Positions 8,826 to 18,337 of a DNA stretch of 64,000 nt are shown here, in pieces. The translations under genes and the position numbers were made by a program. The number at the start of each line of letters is the position of its first letter. Within the stretch, counting starts at the first letter, position 1. The notes beneath the pieces were generated by a model. It searched no databases and was not told the DNA's origin. It saw only the letters and a program-made list of their open reading frames with translations. This stretch comes from Candidatus Thermosaccharophagus tengchongensis (lineage in GTDB: Bacteria; Armatimonadota; Fervidibacteria; Fervidibacterales; Thermosaccharophagaceae). The stretch lies in assembly GCA_032161105.1 (NCBI GenBank), contig JAVHTD010000016.1, one strand, 5' to 3'.

Positions 8826-9530
8826 TCATGTTCTCTTTGACTGACCGCCTTCGCTTTCGCCCATCGGTTCCATGAAACTCGCCACTTGAGGAGTCAGGTA
8901 AACTGGGGAGTTAGTCCGCAACGCAAGCGCAATGCTGTCGCTCGGGCGGGCATCAATCTCTTGGACTCTACCAGCGCCCTTTAAAACTATGCTCGCATAG
9001 TATGTCTGCGCCTCCATCTTGTTGATGACGACGCGTAGAACCTCTCCGTTTAACGCCTTGATCACTGTGGTGAGCAAGTCGTGTGTCATTGGGCGAGGCG
9101 GTTTCTTCCCAGAGAGAGCCATAGCGATGGCGAGCGCTTCCGAAGACCCAATCCATATCGGCAAATACTTCCGTGAGCCCTTGTCAACGAGCAAAACGAC
9201 CGGCTCACCAACTTTGTCAGTGACAACGCCGCTAACCTCAACGCGGATATAGTCGGATGGAACTACCTCCGGTTCCTTCTGCCCCGCCTTTGTAGCTACC
9301 TTACGGCTTCCAATGGCGTTGGCTTTGACCTGCTGTTCATCCCCCTTTGCCGCTCCAATTTGGTTTTTAACATTTGCGCCCTTGCCCCATCCCATGCGCT
9401 GCAGGAAAGGCGACATGGCATCTTCAAGTTTTTTCCATAACGACATTGCGACTGCCGCACCAAACAGAGCTGCAAGTGAACATGCCTTCATAAATTCCCT
9501 CCTCCACATGCGCTGCCTGATGTTGAGCAT
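8826..9530 (-). CDS. Bifunctional nuclease (DUF151/BFN) domain protein with twin-arginine-like N-terminal leader
   Basis: LPIWIG..EA.AI, PPRPMTHDL, YYA.I.L, IDARPSDSIALALR..SPVY are DUF151 motifs. N-terminus WRREFMKACSLAALFGAAVAMSL. RBS GAGGGGTGG. Confidence 0.88.
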   Translation of the reverse strand: MLNIRQRMWRREFMKACSLAALFGAAVAMSLWKKLEDAMSPFLQRMGWGKGANVKNQIGAAKGDEQQVKANAIGSRKVATKAGQKEPEVVPSDYIRVEVSGVVTDKVGEPVVLLVDKGSRKYLPIWIGSSEALAIAMALSGKKPPRPMTHDLLTTVIKALNGEVLRVVINKMEAQTYYASIVLKGAGRVQEIDARPSDSIALALRTNSPVYLTPQVASFMEPMGESEGGQSKRT

Positions 9531-9744
9531 TTAAACCACCCCTCTTTGGCCGAGTTTCATAGCCCGCCATAAGTGGCATTATGCTATTATAAGCTTGGCG
9601 CAGAGCTCAGTTAATGTGCTTGTGTTTGGAGAGGAGTCCAAGCCGCGCCTCCGTCACATCTTCAATGCGTTGAGAAAGCAGGCACCCAAGCTCGTCTCAT
9701 TGCAAGCTTGTGTGCCTGCTACACCGATGGAGGCATTTTCATCT

Positions 9745-11709
9745 ATGGCAAGAAAGCAATTGATTGAGGTGAGCGTGGAAAAGAAAGAACGAGAACTTCT
9801 GGCAACGCCTAAGGCACTCCTATTAGCCTTTGCTCTCGTCATCGGAATAACGGTTGCAGGTTGCTTTTCGGCATACTTGCGTTACGACCTAATTGGCACC
9901 GGTCATCTGCCACGCTGTGCGCTTTTCCCGATAATGGTGCTCACGCTCCTCAATAGCCTATGCAAGCGCCTCCTCGGCAGGGCAATCCTATCGCAATCCG
10001 AACTGCTCTTCATCTATTGCACGGTGCTCGTCATGACGGGCATACCGGGTCAACAATATGCCGATTACCTCTACCTCGGTCTTTTAGCGCCAGTGTATTA
10101 CTCGCATCCGAGAAACATGCCGGAGCTGCTCCAATACGATGTCCCGAATTGGCTCGCCTACATACCAAGCTGCTTTTTGCCCTCAAAAGACCCGCGCAGT
10201 GGGGTCATAGCATGGGCATTTGAAGGTATGTCCGAGGGTGCAAAGATACCGTGGCAACCTTGGGTCATCCCATTGATGGTGTGGACGATATTTTATGCAG
10301 CACTGTTCTATGCAGCGATAGGGATTGCCACCGTGTTACGCAAACAGTGGGTTGAAAATGAGAAGCTTGTCTTCCCACTCGCCCAAGTCCCAATTGAAGT
10401 TGCAGATGAGGTTCGCTTGGGAGCTCTGGTGCGTAACCCGCTGATGTGGGTTTGTTTCATGATCCCTACCTTCATTTACACCGTGCGTGCCATTCACATT
10501 TACTTCCCGAGCTTCCCCAACATCAACATCTACAGAAACTTTGGCGTCCTGTTCAGCGGGCGACCTTGGGATGTGCTCAACTATATGCCGCTTAACTACT
10601 ACTTTGACATGATCGGAATCACATACCTTATCACGACCGATGTCGGCTTCAGCTTCTGGTTCTTTTACATCGTTAGGAGGATGCAAATGGTCGTAAGGTC
10701 AGCTCTCGGTTTGACGGACTTTTATGTCCCGCTTGAGTTTCAGACCATCGGCGGGCTGCTCGCTCTATTCGCCATGCAAGTGTGGGTGGCGAGAGGATAC
10801 TTAAGGGAGTTCATCACAGCAGCTTTACACCGAGAGGGAAAAGGCAGTGCGAATCAGACAAGGGTATCGCCGCGCACAGCGCTCCTCATCATTTCCATCA
10901 GCTTTGTTGTTCTCCTTTTATTTGCGCGCGCCATTAACCTATCGCTGCATTGGGCTATGCTGCTTTTCGCCATCCACTTTATCTGGAGGATACTCGTTGC
11001 ACGAATGGTGGCTGAGGCTGGTCTCTTTGTCTTCTGGACACCATCACCACACACATTTATCGTCAGGGCATTCGGAAAGGATGTAATCGGTCCGAAGAAC
11101 ATCACCGGGCTCAACATGATCGGTTCAAAGCTGAACGACTCCGCAACATGCGTATTGGCTCAAGCTGTTCAGACAATGAAGATAGCCAATGCAGCTCGCC
11201 TGAACGAAATTCAAGTCCTCAAATTGACGATGGCATCGGTGCTCATTTCCATGCTCGCATGCCACCCAACATGCATTCACATACTCTACACAACACCAAT
11301 ACCAAAGATGGGTTGGTGGACAAGGGGCTATCCAGCTGGTATGGCTCGCACACTGCTCAACCAGCTCGTGCAAGACCAGAAAATGAAAACGGGTGACTAC
11401 ATCTCGCTCCTCTCCGGAGGCATCGTCACAATTGCGCTGTGCATGCTCAGGTGGCGTTTCCTCTGGTGGCCATTCCACCCACTCGGGTATGTGGCAGTAA
11501 ATGGGACTTGGTTTGGCGACAGGTATGGCTTCAGCATCTTCTTCGGGTGGGTGATCAAGGCGATGACGCTGTGGTTTGGCGGGATAAGGCTCTGGCAAAT
11601 GCTCAGACCTGCCGCAATGGGCTTGATACTCGGAAACACCTTTATCCTCTTCCTGCTGTTGCTCCTTCACTTCTTCAAGCCGACAAATGAGGTCGTCGTC
11701 ATTGAGTGA
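9745..11709 (+). CDS. DUF6785/DUF6784-type multi-pass membrane protein (OPT-like putative transporter), paralog 1
   Basis: Highly hydrophobic; ELLFIY, RKQWVENEKLVFPL, RMVAEAG, WWPFHPLGY, GLILG. ATG at 9745 with GGAGG upstream (ORF track starts at 9595). Confidence 0.75.
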   Translation: MARKQLIEVSVEKKERELLATPKALLLAFALVIGITVAGCFSAYLRYDLIGTGHLPRCALFPIMVLTLLNSLCKRLLGRAILSQSELLFIYCTVLVMTGIPGQQYADYLYLGLLAPVYYSHPRNMPELLQYDVPNWLAYIPSCFLPSKDPRSGVIAWAFEGMSEGAKIPWQPWVIPLMVWTIFYAALFYAAIGIATVLRKQWVENEKLVFPLAQVPIEVADEVRLGALVRNPLMWVCFMIPTFIYTVRAIHIYFPSFPNINIYRNFGVLFSGRPWDVLNYMPLNYYFDMIGITYLITTDVGFSFWFFYIVRRMQMVVRSALGLTDFYVPLEFQTIGGLLALFAMQVWVARGYLREFITAALHREGKGSANQTRVSPRTALLIISISFVVLLLFARAINLSLHWAMLLFAIHFIWRILVARMVAEAGLFVFWTPSPHTFIVRAFGKDVIGPKNITGLNMIGSKLNDSATCVLAQAVQTMKIANAARLNEIQVLKLTMASVLISMLACHPTCIHILYTTPIPKMGWWTRGYPAGMARTLLNQLVQDQKMKTGDYISLLSGGIVTIALCMLRWRFLWWPFHPLGYVAVNGTWFGDRYGFSIFFGWVIKAMTLWFGGIRLWQMLRPAAMGLILGNTFILFLLLLLHFFKPTNEVVVIE

Positions 11710-11735
11710 TTTCAATTGCGCCCTACCAAACACCG

Positions 11736-12872
11736 TCATGCGAAATACCTTCCATGCTCCTCAACCGTTTCAACCATTGCCTTCAAATTCTCCCACTTGG
11801 CATCTGCGGGAACTTCATCACCCGTGACGAGTATGTAGGCGCCGCCTTCCATGCCCTCTGCAAGGCATCTCAATGTCTCCCTGCGCGCATCCTCAACCGT
11901 GCCGAATGAAAGCACGACACAGTTAAAGTTGCCCATGATGCAAACCCTGTCACCATACAATCGCTTTGCCTCACACAATGTTATGTCGCCTTGATTTGGT
12001 TCAAATGTCTCAATGAAGTGGACACCGGTGTCAACGAGCATTGGGAGAAGCTCCCTCACTCTGCCGAGCGTATACAAGCCGAGATACTTCCCACGCGTGC
12101 CCCTTACAAGCTCCATAGCTGCAACCACATCAGGGAGCACCCATCGTTCAAACATCTTCGGGCTCATATTAGCCCCGGTTGCCCAGCAGATGTCAAGCCA
12201 TGCAACTTCGGCTGGTGAGGCTATGAATGCTTCAACATACTTTAGCATCACTTGCCTGCCTATCCGCATCACCTCCTCCATCGTATCCGGGCAATCAAAG
12301 AGGTCAAACAATAAATCCTGCATCCCACGAGCCTCCCCAGCCATCGTGAAAGCTGGCACAAGACCAACACTTGCAATGCCATCCTCACCCATAACGGCTA
12401 CTGCCTCCTTCACCGCTTCAAACTCAAACCCCTTAACCGATGAGAGCCACCGCTCATGGTAATCAATCCACACTCCCCAGTCGTCGGTTGACTTGACCGG
12501 ATATTCAACTGTCTTCCCGACGAGTGGGTCATGAGGTATCATTCCGCTGATGTGCTTTCCAAAAAGCGCTTTCTTCGGCGTCCTCAAGACTATCTCGCTG
12601 ATGATGCGCCCACCCGACTCGGTTGAAATAACCCTTCTACCATACTCCCATCCTTCGGGCATCATAACGGATACGCTGACACCCAATGGACCACGAAAAT
12701 AAATGCTGCCCAGCATCTGATGGACCTCAAATACTGCCCTCCAATCGGACCTCCCAAGAAGCTTGTGCGCATAACGGCTGTGTATCAATGGAGCTACAGG
12801 AACGATATCCGGAACGCCACGGCGCAATGCCGTCATGAAACGCTCCCTCTTCGTCATGCCCATCACCCTCAA
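11736..12872 (-). CDS. Uroporphyrinogen decarboxylase (UroD/MtaA)-like TIM-barrel protein, function unknown
   Basis: MTKRERF..AL....PD.VPVAP start, MSPKMFE.WV.P, AKRLYGDRVCIMGN, VPADAKWENL.AM..V..HGRY. Confidence 0.8.
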   Translation of the reverse strand: MRVMGMTKRERFMTALRRGVPDIVPVAPLIHSRYAHKLLGRSDWRAVFEVHQMLGSIYFRGPLGVSVSVMMPEGWEYGRRVISTESGGRIISEIVLRTPKKALFGKHISGMIPHDPLVGKTVEYPVKSTDDWGVWIDYHERWLSSVKGFEFEAVKEAVAVMGEDGIASVGLVPAFTMAGEARGMQDLLFDLFDCPDTMEEVMRIGRQVMLKYVEAFIASPAEVAWLDICWATGANMSPKMFERWVLPDVVAAMELVRGTRGKYLGLYTLGRVRELLPMLVDTGVHFIETFEPNQGDITLCEAKRLYGDRVCIMGNFNCVVLSFGTVEDARRETLRCLAEGMEGGAYILVTGDEVPADAKWENLKAMVETVEEHGRYFA

Positions 12873-13002
12873 TCTGATTCAATGAAACTCACCGGAACGA
12901 TAAGTTAGGGCGCACCGATGAGCCGCCTTGCGTATCATTGTAGTAGTTGCAGTGTTGAACTTGTAAGGTCAAATTTTTGTAGCGAAGCTGCCTTTAAGCA
13001 CG

Positions 13003-15066
13003 ATGCCGAGCCACCCAAAAAGCTCGTTAATGAGGTGTGCAGGATTGCACCATGACAGGCTTTCGGACAGCCATATTGAGCGCGGCGCCATTGAAACGGG
13101 GATAACGGAAACAGGACAGCTCACCTTTGCAAGAGCAACCCCACGCATAGCGTATGTGCTTATCGTTGCCATCGGATTGAACATACTTTGTGGAATATGG
13201 ATAAGGCAAGCCGAAATTGTGGTATTGGCAACACAGGTCTCAGAGGCAGTTCCGCCAGTGCCCGCAATCGGCGTCTTGCTCCTCCTTCTCATCACCAACA
13301 TGCTGTTAAAGTTAATTCACCCCGCACTCGCGCTCAGCAGGGCTGAAGTGATGCTCGTTTACTTCTTCACGACGATCGCATCGTCGCTTCCCGGGTGCGG
13401 CATCGTGCGCTTCCTGTTTGCGCTCATTGGCACACCAATTTACTATGCATCAGCTGAGAACGAGTTTGACACCGTCCTTTGGCAAAACCTCCCAAGATGG
13501 CTTATACCGATGGACAAGGATGCAATGCGCTCACTTTATCTTTCCTCACCCGCCGGAGTCCCATGGGGTATATGGCTACCGAAGCTGGCTTGGTGGACGC
13601 TCTTCTTCTTGCTCTACTGGATTTGCTCACTTGGGCTTGTGTCGCTGTTTGCAAGGCAATGGTGTGACAAGGAGAAGCTCGTCTTCCCACTCGTGCAGCT
13701 GCCGTTGGAGATAACCAAAATTGAGGGCGGCAAGCTCACCTTCTTCAGGGACAGGCTGATGTGGATTGGGTTTATCGCCTCCTCATTCTACAACGCTATG
13801 AACATGCTTAACGCTTACTTCCCATCCGTGCCGGCTTTTGGGAAAATGTTTGACATGGGCGCTTCATTCGTTGAATCACCTTGGAGGGCGCTACGCCCAC
13901 TCATCATCTGGTATCGTCCCGAACTCGTCGGATTTGGTTTTCTCGTCCCAACGGATGTCTCACTCTCAATCTGGCTCTCATACATGCTGATTAAGCTGCA
14001 AGCATTCGTCGGAGAGGTGATCGGATACAGGTATCCCGGCTATCCGTTTGCGCAAGAGCAAAGCCTTGGAGCATACATTGCTATGGCAATTTACCTGCTC
14101 TACACGGCTCGCCTTCACATATGGGAGGCATTGATAAGGGCTTTCCGGCACAGCACCGCCGCTCATGGCGATGAGCAAAATGAGGTGGCTAACCCGCGCC
14201 AATCGCTCATGCTCATCGCTATTGGCTTTATCGGGATGGTGGCATTCGCATCAGCAGCTGGGATGGCTACTTGGCTTGCATCGCTATACTTTGCGATCGT
14301 CATTGCGGTGGCTTTTGTTTACGCACGCATAAGGGCGGAAGTTGGCATACCACTCATTTGGATGTTCCCATTCTTCCAGCAGAAGCGCTCCATCACATAC
14401 ACGCTTGGGACGAGGAGATTGCTTGAGAGGGGTGGGGTGAAGAGCATGGCAACATTTGCGCTCTTCACATTTATGGCTCGCGGGTATTATCCGGAGTTGA
14501 TCGGATACCAGATTGAGGGCGTCAAGATGGCTGATAGCGCCGGCTGGAAGCGAAGCGCCATCATACCTTGGAGCATACTCGCTCTCATCATCGGACTGTG
14601 GATTGGCTTTTACTTCCATCTCACCCCGTATTACGGCTACGGCGCTGTTAGGCTTCGTGGCGGCATATGGGGCACTTGGCTCGCAATGGAGGAATACCGA
14701 GCTGTGGTCAGTGCAACGCATATACCATCACCACCGGAGATGCCCAAGGTCATAGCTACGATCGGCGGCGCAATATGCGTCTCACTATTTGCCGCCATCA
14801 GGCTGCTGTTCCTTCAAGTTCCGATACATCCGCTCGGATACGCAATGGCTGGAGCTTATGGCGACCTCATCTGGGGACCGTTTTTCATCGTCTGGCTTTT
14901 GAAGACGCTCATACTGCGCTATGCTGGCGGGGTAGCTTATAGGAAGTGCATTCCACTCTTCCTCGGCTTCGCGCTTGGACACTACTTCACCGCCGGGTTG
15001 GTCTGGGGGCTGTGGTCTGTGACTGGAGCTGAGGTGTTCTCAAGATATGGAGTGTGGTTCGGATAA
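13003..15066 (+). CDS. DUF6785/DUF6784-type multi-pass membrane protein, paralog 2
   Basis: LSRAEVMLVY, RQWCDKEKLVFPL, YPFAQEQSLGAY, RIRAEVG, PIHPLGY, PLFLGFALG. Exact start uncertain. Confidence 0.78.
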   Translation: MPSHPKSSLMRCAGLHHDRLSDSHIERGAIETGITETGQLTFARATPRIAYVLIVAIGLNILCGIWIRQAEIVVLATQVSEAVPPVPAIGVLLLLLITNMLLKLIHPALALSRAEVMLVYFFTTIASSLPGCGIVRFLFALIGTPIYYASAENEFDTVLWQNLPRWLIPMDKDAMRSLYLSSPAGVPWGIWLPKLAWWTLFFLLYWICSLGLVSLFARQWCDKEKLVFPLVQLPLEITKIEGGKLTFFRDRLMWIGFIASSFYNAMNMLNAYFPSVPAFGKMFDMGASFVESPWRALRPLIIWYRPELVGFGFLVPTDVSLSIWLSYMLIKLQAFVGEVIGYRYPGYPFAQEQSLGAYIAMAIYLLYTARLHIWEALIRAFRHSTAAHGDEQNEVANPRQSLMLIAIGFIGMVAFASAAGMATWLASLYFAIVIAVAFVYARIRAEVGIPLIWMFPFFQQKRSITYTLGTRRLLERGGVKSMATFALFTFMARGYYPELIGYQIEGVKMADSAGWKRSAIIPWSILALIIGLWIGFYFHLTPYYGYGAVRLRGGIWGTWLAMEEYRAVVSATHIPSPPEMPKVIATIGGAICVSLFAAIRLLFLQVPIHPLGYAMAGAYGDLIWGPFFIVWLLKTLILRYAGGVAYRKCIPLFLGFALGHYFTAGLVWGLWSVTGAEVFSRYGVWFG

Positions 15067-15185
15067 AAGCAGCTTATAAAATGTGGCTCACCTTGGAAGG
15101 CGATATTCCAGCCAAATCAAGACTTTGCGTCAGTTGGGCATTTGCTTCCCCACAAAAACACGGAAACCCATCGGGGGGTGAAACA

Positions 15186-16664
15186 ATGGGCAGCATGAAA
15201 TGGCGCAATACGAGGCGAGGCAGCTCAAAGAACAAAAGCACCGATGCTGTGCCGCTATGGGCGGGCAGGTTCACGGAGAAGCTATCAAGGGAGGCATTTT
15301 CATTCTCATCGTCATTCCCTTACGATAAACGCCTGTGGAAGTTTGACATAGCCGCAAGCATAGCGCATGTGCGCATGCTCGGGGCATGCAATGTGATTTC
15401 CGATGGCGAGAGCAAATTGCTCTCAAGCGAGCTTGAAAAAATGATGCGAGAGATAGAGTTGGGCAAGCTCAAGCTTGAGGGAGAGTATGAGGACATACAC
15501 TCGTTCGTTGAGAGTGCCCTCACGAAGCGAATTGGTGATGTCGGAAGGAAGCTGCACACGGCGCGCAGCCGAAATGACCAAGTCGTAACGGATATGAAAC
15601 TGTGGATGCGCTCAGCGATAGCGAAGCTGTGCGAGGCTATCTGTGAGCTGTGTGAGGCGCTTCTATCGGTCTCGCAGAAGCACATTGATTTTCTCATGCC
15701 CGGATTTACACACCTGCAACATGCACAACCAATTCGCCTATCGCATCACCTCATGGCTTACTTTTGGATGATGCAACGGGATGCCGAGAGATTCATGAGC
15801 TTACACGAGCGCACAAATTTATCGCCGCTCGGCGCCGGGGCGCTCGCCGGAGTTGATTTCCCGATTGACCCACGCATGACCGCAGAGATGCTCGGATTTG
15901 ACGGGTGTATGCAAAACAGCATTGATGCGGTGAGCGATAGGGACTTCATCATTGAGTTCATTTCGTGCTGCGCAACCGTGATGATTCACCTGAGCAGGCT
16001 CGCAGAAGAACTCGTCCTTTGGAGCGCGCCCGAATTTGGTTTCATCAGGCTGAGCGAATCGCTATGCACGGGGAGCAGCATGATGCCACAAAAGCGCAAC
16101 CCGGATATGGCTGAGTTGATGAGGGCGAGATGCGGCAGGGTCATCGGCGCACTCGTTGCGCTCCTGACCGCACTGAAAGGCTTACCGCTCTCATACAATC
16201 GTGACTTGCAAGAGGACAAGTTGGCTATGTTTGAGGCATTTGATGTCACGCATTCGTCAATTCGCATGGCTGCGGCGCTGATCACAACCGCAGAGTTTGA
16301 CCGTGAGAGGATGCGCTCATCTCTCATCGGCGATTTCTCAACAGCGACCGATTTGGCAAGCGAACTTGTGCGCAAAGGTATACCATTCAGGCAAGCACAC
16401 TCAATTGTCGGGAAAATCATAAGGGAGCTCATCCGGCAAGGCAGGACGCTTGAAGATGTCACAGTTGATGAACTAAAGCGGCACTGCGATGCGTTTGACG
16501 AGGCTTCATTGATGGCTATCAAGCCCGAGGTCTCCGTTGAGAGGCGAGTTGAGTTGAGCGGGACGGCAAAGGCATCTTTGAGGCGGCAGTTTGCCGAGGG
16601 TAAGCGCTTCATCAAGAGGCTGCAAAAGTTTGTTGCCGGGTTGAAATTGTTTGGAGAACCTTAG
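15186..16664 (+). CDS. argH: Argininosuccinate lyase
   Basis: LWAGRF, EDIH, KLHTARSRNDQV, MPGFTHLQHAQP, TGSSMMPQKRNPD, LSYNRDLQEDK. ATG at 15186 after GGGGGGTG (ORF track starts at 15054). Confidence 0.97.
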   Translation: MGSMKWRNTRRGSSKNKSTDAVPLWAGRFTEKLSREAFSFSSSFPYDKRLWKFDIAASIAHVRMLGACNVISDGESKLLSSELEKMMREIELGKLKLEGEYEDIHSFVESALTKRIGDVGRKLHTARSRNDQVVTDMKLWMRSAIAKLCEAICELCEALLSVSQKHIDFLMPGFTHLQHAQPIRLSHHLMAYFWMMQRDAERFMSLHERTNLSPLGAGALAGVDFPIDPRMTAEMLGFDGCMQNSIDAVSDRDFIIEFISCCATVMIHLSRLAEELVLWSAPEFGFIRLSESLCTGSSMMPQKRNPDMAELMRARCGRVIGALVALLTALKGLPLSYNRDLQEDKLAMFEAFDVTHSSIRMAAALITTAEFDRERMRSSLIGDFSTATDLASELVRKGIPFRQAHSIVGKIIRELIRQGRTLEDVTVDELKRHCDAFDEASLMAIKPEVSVERRVELSGTAKASLRRQFAEGKRFIKRLQKFVAGLKLFGEP

Positions 16665-16740
16665 AACCTTAAACGGGCAAGGTGTGGGGGTGCTTTAGCC
16701 TTGGCTTTTGAACCATCACGGCATCGGTGAGGTGACAGCG

Positions 16741-17619
16741 ATGCAAAAGTTTGCGTTCCGAACTCAAGCTGTCCCACTCGGATATGAGGGCGTCTCATTA
16801 CAAGTTGACGGCGTTGAAGTGGTCCGCTACCAAACTGGGATGAATGCATGGCGTCCATTTCTATTCCCAGTGTTTGGTCCGTCTGGGAGAATGGTCACTC
16901 GCATCGGTCATCCGCATGACCCACATGGGCACCGCCATCACTACTCAATCTGGATGGGACACGCCAATGTCAACGGGCTTAACTTTTGGAGCGATGACAC
17001 GAACAACAAACAAGTTCATCGGCGCTTCATTGAACTCGGAGATGGCATTGATAGAGCGTGGTGCGCTGTTGAAATTGATTGGGTGGCAAATGGAGCAAAG
17101 CCATTGCTGCGTGAGCGCCGAACAATAGCCATGACATATCCGCGCAAACCCGATGATCACAAAGGGTTTTGGCTGCTTGACATCGTGAGCGAGTTTGAAG
17201 CGCTTGAAGAGACCGTCACCTTCGGTGTAACTCCATTTGGGCTGCTCGGCGTGCGTGTGGCGAAGTCAATGGGAGTCCGTGACGGTGGCGGACGAGTCAT
17301 GAACAGTAACGGGCAAATCAATGAGCGCGAGACGATGGCACAAAGGGCGGCATGGTGTGATTATTCTGGATGGGTGGCTGAGGGCGTTTGGGAGGGCATT
17401 TGCATTTTTGACCACCCGCAAAACTTTGACCATCCACCTGCATGGCATGTCCGTGACGATGGCTGGTTCTGCCCGTCGCACTTCCGCCATATGAGTCTAC
17501 ACATCGCTAAGGGTCACTACGCGAAATTCCGCTACAGGATCGTTATACACAGCACGGGGTTTGAAAGGGAGGAGCTCAACGAGCTGTATCGCCAGTTTGA
17601 AGGGGAGTTCAAAGGTTGA
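16741..17619 (+). CDS. PmoA-family/DUF6807 protein (not a methane monooxygenase), no signal peptide
   Basis: RPFLFPV.GPSG..VT..G.P.D..GHRHHYSIWMGH..VNG.NFW, G..GVR.A..M, AAWCDYSG, IFDHPQN..HP..WHVR. ATG after GAGGTGA. Confidence 0.8.
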   Translation: MQKFAFRTQAVPLGYEGVSLQVDGVEVVRYQTGMNAWRPFLFPVFGPSGRMVTRIGHPHDPHGHRHHYSIWMGHANVNGLNFWSDDTNNKQVHRRFIELGDGIDRAWCAVEIDWVANGAKPLLRERRTIAMTYPRKPDDHKGFWLLDIVSEFEALEETVTFGVTPFGLLGVRVAKSMGVRDGGGRVMNSNGQINERETMAQRAAWCDYSGWVAEGVWEGICIFDHPQNFDHPPAWHVRDDGWFCPSHFRHMSLHIAKGHYAKFRYRIVIHSTGFEREELNELYRQFEGEFKG

Positions 17620-17680
17620 CGATAGTTTGAACCAAGGGTGAGGCATCAGCTGCACTTGCTCCCTTGACTCGCCGCGCCGT

Positions 17681-18331
17681 TCAATCATGGCACCGGGCGC
17701 ATAGCTGTTTTGGTGCCGATTTAAGCAAGCCCTTGATGCTGGATGCATGTGTTGAATGGCACATTGTGCACTGCTCCATAGGTTGCTTTGAATGATGATG
17801 CTTCAACTCAAACTCAAGTTCGCTGTGGCATTTATCGCACGCGGATGGAACGAGCGCTTTGCCGAGGGCTAAACGGCTGTTTTGCTTCTCAACTGCATGA
17901 CATGAAGTGCATTGAAGCTGCCCCTTCGCTGTTGGCGGATGGGAATACAGCTCCCCCCACCCCTTCGGTGGTTCTTTCGCACTGCCTCCCTTCACATAGA
18001 CTGACAGCGTGGCATTGCCAACTTTGACAGCGTTCAACCCCGTAGTCAGCCTGACATGCGCGGCGAGCACAGGCTGGGCGAAAATTTCGTCCCACGATTG
18101 CACGGAGCCGTTGATGAGCAATTCGGGCAGACTGGAATGCCCCTGTGAGTCAACTCTCGTGAGCATACAGATGACCGTTACCTCGCTCCTTGAGAGCGTG
18201 GAATGGTTTTGCGGGAATATGAACTTCACCGCTACTGGCTCTGCCATCTCCCTCATGCTGAGCGCTTTTACAAACCCGCCAACAAACGCCAACGGGAACA
18301 AAAGGACCGCACAATAGTATCTCACTGGCAC
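17681..18331 (-). CDS. Exported multiheme (4 x CXXCH) cytochrome c with N-terminal beta domain
   Basis: Signal-peptide-like N-terminus; CTSCH, CDKCH, CTMCH, CARCH, plus extra His residues as candidate distal ligands. Confidence 0.85.
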   Translation of the reverse strand: MPVRYYCAVLLFPLAFVGGFVKALSMREMAEPVAVKFIFPQNHSTLSRSEVTVICMLTRVDSQGHSSLPELLINGSVQSWDEIFAQPVLAAHVRLTTGLNAVKVGNATLSVYVKGGSAKEPPKGWGELYSHPPTAKGQLQCTSCHAVEKQNSRLALGKALVPSACDKCHSELEFELKHHHSKQPMEQCTMCHSTHASSIKGLLKSAPKQLCARCHD

Positions 18332-18337
18332 GCCAAA

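Noticed and set aside
15986..16615. 209-aa minus-strand ORF
   Set aside because: Antisense to argH, with the Ser-rich composition typical of shadow frames.
16741..17619. Particulate methane monooxygenase because of the PmoA family label
   Set aside because: Soluble beta-rich protein with no TM helices and no pmoB/pmoC; the family name is a misnomer here.
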